32,000 nucleotides of DNA from NCBI RefSeq assembly GCF_051307035.1, contig NZ_CP195536.1, positions 2,280,001 to 2,312,000 of the forward strand. The letters are read 5' to 3'. The translations under genes were made by a program, and so were the position numbers. Positions 9,490 through 16,945 of the stretch are shown here, one piece after another; within the stretch, counting starts at the first letter, position 1, and every line of letters begins with the position of its first letter. The DNA is from Psychrobacter sp. DM4 (lineage in GTDB: Bacteria; Pseudomonadota; Gammaproteobacteria; Pseudomonadales; Moraxellaceae). A model generated the notes under the pieces. That model did no database searches. It was not told the DNA's origin and saw only the letters and a program-made list of their open reading frames with translations.

Positions 9490-9930
9490 TTAAAGACGCT
9501 TGAGAACATGCGTTTTACCCAAAAATGTGATGCCTTTATAGCCTCGCAATTTTAGCGTATTACCTTCCAACTTAGCTTTTCCGGAAAAAGAGATACCTGT
9601 CTTTGGGTCAATGCCAGTACCGTTGTCATAAACATTGGGGTTACTGGCATCCGGTTCTAAATCCCAGATCAAGGTAGCACCGATCAAAGGTTTGTTGTGG
9701 TATTTGCCTTTGCATTCATCACACTTGGTTTTGTTTTTAGGATTAATGAGCACCTTTTCAACTTTGGCTGAGAGTTTACCGTTATTCTCAACGAACCGTA
9801 GAACCGCGTTAGGCTTACCTTCTTTATTAAAATTCACCCATTTTGTATTGTTCAACTGATCCGCGGCATTAGCGCTAGAGGCTATTATTAATCCCGCTGT
9901 GATTAAAAATGCATTGATAAGTGTCGTCAT
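9490..9930 (-). CDS. DUF2147 domain-containing secreted protein
   Basis: Signal peptide (LITAGLIIASSANA). The family-like pattern W..F...GK......V....GKL.AKV... C.ECKG....KPLIG..I ... GKAKL.GN.LKLRGY matches my recollection of DUF2147. Confidence 0.75.
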   Translation of the reverse strand: MTTLINAFLITAGLIIASSANAADQLNNTKWVNFNKEGKPNAVLRFVENNGKLSAKVEKVLINPKNKTKCDECKGKYHNKPLIGATLIWDLEPDASNPNVYDNGTGIDPKTGISFSGKAKLEGNTLKLRGYKGITFLGKTHVLKRL

Positions 9931-9993
9931 AAAGATTTCCTATAATGAATAACGAGCTGTCGCCATTCGCTTACAGCACGTTAAAATAAGAGG

Positions 9994-10953
9994 TTATTTA
10001 CTATTTAGCTTATGCTCTATAGCGATAATAAAGTCGGTTGCGATGTCTGTGCCGCATTGATCATCGATCTCGCGTACACAAGTCGGACTGGTTACATTAA
10101 TCTCAGTGATACGCCCACCAATTAAGTCAAGTCCCACGAACATCAATCCTTTTTCTTTGACTATAGGCGCTACCACTTCTGCTACCTGACGCTCGATATC
10201 TGTGAGTGGCATGGCGACCCCGCTGCCACCTGCGGCAAGATTGCCCCGAGTCTCGCCCTTGGTGGGGATACGCGCTAAGCTAAAGTCAACCACTACGCCA
10301 TCGACGATTAACACACGTTTATCGCCTTCTTTTATTTCTGGCAAATAGCGCTGTGCCATAATCGGTAGCGTCTCAAGCTCAGTCAAAACCTCAAGTGTTA
10401 CCCCAATATTGGGACTATCAGCCGTCAGGCGAAAAATACCTGTGCCGCCCATACCGTCTAGTGGCTTGACGATGACGTCTTGCTGCTCGCTGATAAACTT
10501 ACGGATATGAGCCTGTTTGCTGGTCACTATGGTTGGACTCATATAACCGCTAAACCAAGTAGCAAATAGCTTCTCATTACAGTCACGAACCGCTTGTGGA
10601 TCATTAACGACTAACACGCCTGCGGCTTTTGCATGATCGAGCATATAGGTTGCATAAATAAAACGCATATCAAACGGTGGATCTTTACGCATTAATATCA
10701 CATCATACTCACTAACAGATGCTGTTGATTTGTCGCCCAAAGTATAAAAATTCTCAGGGTCACGCTGTACGCTAACGGGCTGCGAATCTACCATAAGATC
10801 GCCGCGATCTAGCCATAAATCATGAATCTGACAGTATCCTAAACGGTGTCCGCGATCTTGTGCTGACCACATCATTGCCAGACTGGTATCTTTTTTATAA
10901 TTGATACGCTCGATAGGATCCATGATAATTAGCATGTTTAGCGACTGGCTCAT
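9994..10953 (-). CDS. gshB: Glutathione synthase (ATP-grasp)
   Basis: IIMDPIERINYKKDTSLAMM resembles the E. coli GshB N-terminus. ATP-grasp core is KPLDGMGGTGIF. Start is uncertain: GTG 10965, ATG 10953 or ATG 10935. Confidence 0.9.
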   Translation of the reverse strand: MSQSLNMLIIMDPIERINYKKDTSLAMMWSAQDRGHRLGYCQIHDLWLDRGDLMVDSQPVSVQRDPENFYTLGDKSTASVSEYDVILMRKDPPFDMRFIYATYMLDHAKAAGVLVVNDPQAVRDCNEKLFATWFSGYMSPTIVTSKQAHIRKFISEQQDVIVKPLDGMGGTGIFRLTADSPNIGVTLEVLTELETLPIMAQRYLPEIKEGDKRVLIVDGVVVDFSLARIPTKGETRGNLAAGGSGVAMPLTDIERQVAEVVAPIVKEKGLMFVGLDLIGGRITEINVTSPTCVREIDDQCGTDIATDFIIAIEHKLNSK

Positions 10954-11020
10954 AATAAGGCTCACTTTTATAGTATTATTTATTAATGATGAGAAGATAG
11001 CTCATAGTAGAATGCAGAAT

Positions 11021-11716
11021 TTAGACACCGTACTGTTCGCGATAATGCTGCATTTTTGCCAGTTGAGTCGCGTCTTTGTTTTGACTGCGTTCATCCGCTA
11101 GATAGTCAATCAAGTTATCGATATCCACAAGCGCGAGTACGGGTACTTGTAAATTTGCCGCAAGCTCTTGAATCGCTGAGTGCTCGCTCTGGCCTTTTTC
11201 TTTACGATCTAGAGCCACAATAATACCGGCAACACTTGCGCCTGCTTGCTCTAGTATCTCAACGACTTCACGCATTGCTGTACCTGCGGTAATGACATCA
11301 TCAAGCACCCACACCGCCTTGCCACTGACATCAGCGCCGACTAGGTTGCCGCCCTCGCCATGAGTTTTGGCCTCTTTGCGATTGTATCCCCATTTAGCAT
11401 TGATACCATGGTGCTCCCATAGCGCTTGTGCTGTCGCGGCTACAAAAGGAATGCCCTTATAAGCGGCGCCAAAGATAACCAACTCTTGCTCATCTAGGTC
11501 ATGACTGACAGCGCTCATTTGCTTGGCTAAAGCATCGGCATAACCGCGCGCTAACAATGCTAGCATCTCTCCAGTTGCTAGCAGTCCTGCATTAAAAAAG
11601 TAAGGACTAATACGGCCAGACTTAAGTACAAATTCACCAAACTTTAAGACATGATTATCTAAAGCCAGTTGAATAAAAGCTTGTGACGAAAATGAGATCG
11701 ACTGCGCATTGTACAT
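11021..11716 (-). CDS. pyrE: Orotate phosphoribosyltransferase
   Basis: FGEFVLKSGRISPYFFN N-terminus and the PRPP-binding motif VWVLDDVITAGTA. Confidence 0.93.
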   Translation of the reverse strand: MYNAQSISFSSQAFIQLALDNHVLKFGEFVLKSGRISPYFFNAGLLATGEMLALLARGYADALAKQMSAVSHDLDEQELVIFGAAYKGIPFVAATAQALWEHHGINAKWGYNRKEAKTHGEGGNLVGADVSGKAVWVLDDVITAGTAMREVVEILEQAGASVAGIIVALDRKEKGQSEHSAIQELAANLQVPVLALVDIDNLIDYLADERSQNKDATQLAKMQHYREQYGV

Positions 11717-11777
11717 GAAGCGTTCCTATTGGTAATATCGCAAAAAGGTAGACATTAACAGTGCTATTTTGACCCTG

Positions 11778-11837
11778 TTACTAGGTACTGAATTATTAGG
11801 TACTAAATTACTAAACAGTGAGTTATTAGATATTGAT
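11778..11837. repeat. 15-bp periodic direct repeats (TTAYTAGGTACTRAA x2 plus two degenerate units)
   Basis: TTACTAGGTACTGAA (11778-11792) and TTATTAGGTACTAAA (11793-11807) match at 13/15. They are followed in phase by TTACTAA... (11808) and TTATTAG... (11823). The array lies between the orphan gene stop and the pyrE start. Confidence 0.6.
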
Positions 11838-11852
11838 AAACATTACTTAGTC

Positions 11853-12836
11853 TTAACTTGACCAGCCATTGATATAGTAATCATTGATATTGACGTAGCG
11901 CGTCAGCAAACAACAGCGCGATGAGAGATTAAAATAACACTCCCCATCCTCAGATACCTGTATGTCCCAGCCTAGGTGGTGAGCTGCAACAATGATGTGT
12001 CCTGCAAATAGGCGTATTTGACGATACTGATGGCGCTGCATGAGTGCGATGGACAGCTGACTGAGCAAATAACTACGGACATATTCACAAATTTGCGCCG
12101 CGCTATAGCTCTGATTAATGCTTTTACGCGTTGAGCATTGCTGTAGAGCATGAACCGCGACACTACAAGCCATAATATCCGTCGCAAGGTTACCTGCGCC
12201 CGTTTCAAACTGCTGTGGTTGTAAAATAACTTGCCAATCATCCGCATAAAGGCTGTTCAATATCTCGTCAGGATCATAGTTGTCATTATTCTTATCATCG
12301 TATAGAGCTGTTTTGTCGCCGACTACTGGTACTTTGGATGTGTGAGCAGAAGGTGCCACAAAACCGTAACGACTCAAGGCAGGGTAATGAATCATCGCAC
12401 GTTGAATATCAGACATATCGAGCAAGGTCATATGCTCAAGCGACGATAACAAAGGCTGCTCACTATAATTATGATAAAAACTATCAGGTAGCGCGATGAG
12501 CTCTGCAGCCTCTAACAATGCTAAATGTTCAGCAAGCGCTTCAGAGCCGATCAGTCTCCATTTAGATAAAGCGCTTTCGTTGGGAACAAAAAAGCGTACT
12601 GACTTACCATACAAACGGCGCAATTGGCTATTAATTTGACGCGTGGGCTCTGGAATATCATTGAGCGGACGCGCAGGATCGATCGGCGTCTGCCTGGGGT
12701 CAAAATTTGGATGTACGATCGCAGGATGCTCGCTATCTGGCAACGAGGACTTCTCAGTGTTGTCTTCATGGCCCTGACCTGACTCTGATAACGAGGCATT
12801 GAATAAGTACTTATCAGATGTAGATGGTTGGGTCAT
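11853..12836 (-). CDS. Hypothetical protein (orphan, 327 aa; Pro/acidic-rich N-terminus, Cys/His-rich C-terminal half)
   Basis: Long ORF with a TGGAGA RBS 5 nt before the ATG, co-directional with and close to its neighbours. No signal peptide or TM. I recognise no family. Confidence 0.7.
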   Translation of the reverse strand: MTQPSTSDKYLFNASLSESGQGHEDNTEKSSLPDSEHPAIVHPNFDPRQTPIDPARPLNDIPEPTRQINSQLRRLYGKSVRFFVPNESALSKWRLIGSEALAEHLALLEAAELIALPDSFYHNYSEQPLLSSLEHMTLLDMSDIQRAMIHYPALSRYGFVAPSAHTSKVPVVGDKTALYDDKNNDNYDPDEILNSLYADDWQVILQPQQFETGAGNLATDIMACSVAVHALQQCSTRKSINQSYSAAQICEYVRSYLLSQLSIALMQRHQYRQIRLFAGHIIVAAHHLGWDIQVSEDGECYFNLSSRCCLLTRYVNINDYYINGWSS

Positions 12837-12904
12837 GGTGTCTCCACAGACTTAAAAAGTAAATACTGGCGATTAGATTTTTGAGGATATTAGGACAGTT
12901 CTTA

Positions 12905-13750
12905 CTACTGAGAGCCTTCGTTTTGCAAGATATCGCGATAACCTGTCTGCCAATCAGGATAATCAAGCCATGCTAACGGAATATTGCTATGTAAGCGTTT
13001 CCCCGTAACTGCCGTTTTTTGCTTATCAATAGTAGGTGGCGCCTCTCCTATTTGCTCACTTAGCCAAACGCTTAGCTCAAAGGTCGTTACAGGCAAATAA
13101 TCTGTCGCTATATACAGTGGCTTTGGCATCTCAATAGTCAATGCCTTGGTAATGATAGTCACCAAATCGCGATCCATAATGCGATTGCTCCAGTGCTGCG
13201 CTGCCAGTACTTCTTTTTGTGGCTCGCGCACTTTACGTAGTCGCATGAGCCGCTTACGTCCATAAATACCGCTTGGGCGAATAATAAGTGCTCTATCACC
13301 AAAGCCTCGTTGCAATACTTGTTCTGCTTGCAAGATAACTTTTGACGCTTCGCGCTCAGGAGTCACGGGTGCGGTAGTGTCATCCACCCATTCGCCATTA
13401 TCTTGCCCATAAACGCCCGTCGAGGATATAAAAACCACGCGTGTAAGCTCTGGAAGTTGAGCTGCTAAGCTTACCAAATGCTTGTTTATAGCTAAATAAC
13501 TGTTCTGATAACCGCTAGTCGAGTACTCATCAGGAGTCACGACAATAGCGATATGAGTAAAGTCTTGCAACTGATCAGCACTCAGTGTCAAGGCATCCGC
13601 TTGCAAAAATGCTGCGCTATCGTCTAAATTATAATGCTCGCGTGCACTACGGGCAAGGCCAGTCACTGATAGTCCATTACGAGCGAGCACATTGGTTACT
13701 GGCAAACCAATATCACCTTGTCCAATAATCAGTAGATGTGACTTACTCAT
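12905..13750 (-). CDS. NAD(P)-binding SDR/epimerase-like protein (YeeZ-like)
   Basis: Rossmann N-terminus LLIIGQGDIGLPV. The FISSTGVYG and IIRPSGIYG motifs resemble E. coli YeeZ-type atypical SDRs. Strong AAGGTAAGGA RBS. Confidence 0.8.
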   Translation of the reverse strand: MSKSHLLIIGQGDIGLPVTNVLARNGLSVTGLARSAREHYNLDDSAAFLQADALTLSADQLQDFTHIAIVVTPDEYSTSGYQNSYLAINKHLVSLAAQLPELTRVVFISSTGVYGQDNGEWVDDTTAPVTPEREASKVILQAEQVLQRGFGDRALIIRPSGIYGRKRLMRLRKVREPQKEVLAAQHWSNRIMDRDLVTIITKALTIEMPKPLYIATDYLPVTTFELSVWLSEQIGEAPPTIDKQKTAVTGKRLHSNIPLAWLDYPDWQTGYRDILQNEGSQ

Positions 13751-13812
13751 ACTATATCCTTACCTTTGACACTTATAATAAAAAAGCGAATCTAGGGCGT
13801 GTTGAACAATCT

Positions 13813-16047
13813 CTAAAAATAGCGTCTGTATGCCAGTTTGATATCGTCATTGGCATCGACGCGGTCTTGCCAGTCATAACTGGCGTCAAGTCGCAATGCT
13901 TGTGTGCGATCGATATCGTATTGCAAACCCAAAGTTGTTATCGGCTGCCAATAGTGGCCTGTTACATCGGACTCTTGGCTGTCGCCATGATACCAATATG
14001 GCAGTTGCAATTGTGCCTGCGCACGTAACTGATTGTTAATCTGATAATGACAGCCTGCGTTTATGCCGGCGCCTACCCGAAAGCCATTATTAATGCCTCG
14101 TCCTGCCTGAGCTGTGCCCGATAATAAGGTATAACACAGTTGCGGCGGCATCTCACCAGTCCCGGATCTTGGTGACCCAAATGTCCACGACCAACCTGTC
14201 TCATAGCCGACGCTACCTACCAAATGATCGCGACCCTCTACTTGTGATCCATCGTCAACGCGGGTGGCCTCAATGTTGACGCCCCACGTTTTGCCTCTCT
14301 CAGCGCTATTGACTGGATTAAAAGAGCGTCCGCGCAGCACCGTAAAGTTTTCTAGTACTATGCTATCAGGGTCGTTTTCATTATTGTCGTTAGTATCATA
14401 AAAGCGCACTGTCGCTGCTAACGACTCTAAATTAAAAAACTGCGAGAATCCCAAGGTGCGATCTAGCATGTCATGAAAGCCTGCGCGCACGCCTACATCG
14501 ATATAGCTGTTGTCACCGCGCTGACCGATACCTATCTGCCCCATTTGAAAGGGATGTCGATCAATAGGGTTATTATTTGAGGCAGTGATACCGTAATCTA
14601 TAATTGTTTTGCCATCAGCCGATATGCTCGATATCGGATTACGCTCAGCTAATTTGATAGCAAGAGTATCCTCTTTGCTCAACGCCTGATAGCCAAGTTT
14701 AGCCGCCGCTTTTGCTTTATTCAGCTCGCTTTGACGCATAGTACTATCTGATGGCGTAAAACGGGCATCTGCTAATAGGCTGTTATCATTTAACAGTTGC
14801 ACCACATCAGAGGGAATAACTACATAGGGCAGTTGGCTGAGCAGATTTTGCTCAGGACGTACGACATCGACTAGACGCAGAATCTCAGAGGCACAGTTAT
14901 CGGTAGAAAAATAATAGGGAATATCTAGATCTTTGGTCTCCCAAACGTGCAATATAATCTGCTGTACCTCTGCTGGAGTCAAATCTAACTGATACGTCCA
15001 TGCATCGCGCTCATCGTCCTTGAGATATTGTGCTAGTTTCTTTGGATAAGGGTCAATCTCAATTCTATTATTATAGCCGCCAGTAGCTGACCTAATAGCA
15101 TAGATGGCAAAAGCGTCGTCAGGATCGCCATCGACAGTATCATTAAGCGCATAAGCATGATGGATTTGACTGCGATCTGCCGCGCTTGCTGGCGAGTCAA
15201 TACGCAGTAAAGTATGACCAAAAGCGGAGATCGGATTGTCTAGATATTCCTCAGCGAACATGATAGATAACTGCTCAGGGTCTAGCATTTTCATCCAAGA
15301 GGCAAGCTCTGGGCAATCCGCTTGCAAGCGCGTACCGTCGATGCCTAGACTATCTGTAAGCCACTGCGTGCGTGCAGGAAAACGGCAAACTGCCGACGTA
15401 CTAGATGAGATACTAGATAGGCTTTGAGCTGTCGTCTCTTTAGACATTGCGTTTTGAGATGCGACCATTTGGGTAGCAATGGCTACAAGCATCGCGTCAA
15501 GCTCGGCACTAGCGTCTTGTTGTCCGTTAACACTCAAAAAGAAATCTAGCTGATCAATTAAGCTTTTCGGTGTGCTCTTATTAAATAATGATTGTTTATC
15601 ATCTAAAAAATATAACAACCGTCGCCATGTTATATGCTCTGCCAGTTTATCTGACTGTACTTGCTTACGCAAAGTGGCTAATAGTAATTCGGCCTCATTG
15701 TTCAATACGCTTTGAACCTCTTGCTTGATTATGGTACCAGCATCGAGAGTCGTATTAGCCGTCAAATTTAGCACTGCGGTTTGCGGTTTAAGAGATTCAT
15801 TGAGGGCTACATCAGGAGCTAACTCACCTGTCGTCACTAACGATACTGGCGTTGGCAAAAAAGCTTGTGCTGGTATACAAAATAGCAGCCCTACGATAGC
15901 GCAAGACAAACGCGTACGCAGGCTTAAGTCTTTAGACTTAGTATTTATAGCGATACGATTTGAATCTATCGTTGAATACTGGGACATCAGGTGGCATCTC
16001 GCTTTTTTATTGTCTGAGCTAACAGGCGATTTAGGGTTATATAGCAT
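13813..16047 (-). CDS. DUF4105 (Lnb-type periplasmic domain) protein with C-terminal beta-barrel-like region
   Basis: Signal peptide (CAIVGLLFCIPAQA). WRRLLYF, FFLS, CRFPART and AFGHTLLRI motifs are characteristic of DUF4105 family proteins. The C-terminal ~230 aa is Gly/aromatic-rich with alternating residues and ends ...KLAYRRYF. An alternative start is ATG 15987. Confidence 0.8.
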   Translation of the reverse strand: MLYNPKSPVSSDNKKARCHLMSQYSTIDSNRIAINTKSKDLSLRTRLSCAIVGLLFCIPAQAFLPTPVSLVTTGELAPDVALNESLKPQTAVLNLTANTTLDAGTIIKQEVQSVLNNEAELLLATLRKQVQSDKLAEHITWRRLLYFLDDKQSLFNKSTPKSLIDQLDFFLSVNGQQDASAELDAMLVAIATQMVASQNAMSKETTAQSLSSISSSTSAVCRFPARTQWLTDSLGIDGTRLQADCPELASWMKMLDPEQLSIMFAEEYLDNPISAFGHTLLRIDSPASAADRSQIHHAYALNDTVDGDPDDAFAIYAIRSATGGYNNRIEIDPYPKKLAQYLKDDERDAWTYQLDLTPAEVQQIILHVWETKDLDIPYYFSTDNCASEILRLVDVVRPEQNLLSQLPYVVIPSDVVQLLNDNSLLADARFTPSDSTMRQSELNKAKAAAKLGYQALSKEDTLAIKLAERNPISSISADGKTIIDYGITASNNNPIDRHPFQMGQIGIGQRGDNSYIDVGVRAGFHDMLDRTLGFSQFFNLESLAATVRFYDTNDNNENDPDSIVLENFTVLRGRSFNPVNSAERGKTWGVNIEATRVDDGSQVEGRDHLVGSVGYETGWSWTFGSPRSGTGEMPPQLCYTLLSGTAQAGRGINNGFRVGAGINAGCHYQINNQLRAQAQLQLPYWYHGDSQESDVTGHYWQPITTLGLQYDIDRTQALRLDASYDWQDRVDANDDIKLAYRRYF

Positions 16048-16207
16048 TGAGACTATAAGTTCATGACAACTACAAGTCCGTTAGCTAAAGGTTTATCTTA
16101 GAATCGTACTAGAGTTTGAGTTTTTATCCCGATAGTGTATATGATATACCAAGTTTGGAGGTGCTGTTTATCCTAGCTTGTTTATTCGCTAAATAATTGA
16201 GAGTACC

Positions 16208-16795
16208 ATGTCCGCATCTGTCATAAATATCGAAGCTGGTCGCCTATCCTCAGCCACTTGGCTTGCCTCACCTAATTTTAATGAACGTCCTAAAGGTATG
16301 AGTATTGATACTATTGTCATCCATAATATCAGCCTGCCGCCTGATGATTTTGGTGGTCTTGATAGCAACGGCTTACACTATGTCAAAGCCTTGTTCACCA
16401 ATCAACTCGACTGGAACGCACATTCTTATTTCAAAACCATTGAGGGCGCAGAGGTATCCGCGCACCTGCTTATCGAACGAAATGGCGCGGTCACTCAGTT
16501 TGTCAGTTTTGATAAACGCGCGTGGCATGCGGGCAAATCAAGCTATTTGGGACGACCTGAATGCAATGATTATAGCATCGGTATTGAGCTTGAAGGCTCA
16601 GATTTTCAGGCCTTTACCGATGAGCAATATACTGTCCTTGCCGATATTATCGCCGCCATTTATCACGCTTATCCCAAAACGCGCCGTCACTTAACAGGGC
16701 ATAGCGATATCGCACCGGGTCGTAAGACTGATCCGGGTGAGTATTTTGACTGGGTGCGCTTACGTGAGACCATTAATCAAAACAGCAAACGATAA
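16208..16795 (+). CDS. ampD: 1,6-anhydro-N-acetylmuramyl-L-alanine amidase
   Basis: SPNFNERP, VIHNISLPP, KRAWHAG, NDYSIGIELEG and GHSDIAPGRKTDPG align closely with E. coli AmpD. Confidence 0.92.
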   Translation: MSASVINIEAGRLSSATWLASPNFNERPKGMSIDTIVIHNISLPPDDFGGLDSNGLHYVKALFTNQLDWNAHSYFKTIEGAEVSAHLLIERNGAVTQFVSFDKRAWHAGKSSYLGRPECNDYSIGIELEGSDFQAFTDEQYTVLADIIAAIYHAYPKTRRHLTGHSDIAPGRKTDPGEYFDWVRLRETINQNSKR

Positions 16796-16851
16796 GTCAA
16801 TAAACGACACTCTACATTCCACAAGCAATTCATTTATCTGCGTGACATAAG

Positions 16852-16860
16852 TGCTATAAT
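16852..16860 (+). promoter_or_regulatory. Extended -10 promoter element (TGcTATAAT) for murJ
   Basis: TGCTATAAT lies 86 nt upstream of the murJ ATG, and no terminator follows ampD. The -35 is poor (ATTTAT), which extended -10 promoters tolerate. Confidence 0.4.
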
Positions 16861-16945
16861 CCGTCAGTTTTTTGGCATTCCGTTTTTCGATATGTCGTTT
16901 TTTGATAGTTAGTTTTGATAATAGCAACTGGGCAGAATAATCCTC

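Noticed and set aside
11972-12799. Two out-of-frame minus-strand ORFs (11972-12247, 12551-12799) nested in the orphan gene
   Set aside because: They are shorter than the 327-aa frame, have Arg/Ser/Leu-rich products typical of off-frame translation, and lack an RBS. The 327-aa frame has the RBS and spans the full gap between its neighbours.
16305-16694. 129-aa alternative-frame ORF inside ampD (and the similar 143-aa ORF 26656-27087 inside miaB)
   Set aside because: Both are same-strand out-of-frame ORFs nested entirely in strongly conserved genes, with no RBS or recognisable motifs. They are most likely chance open frames.
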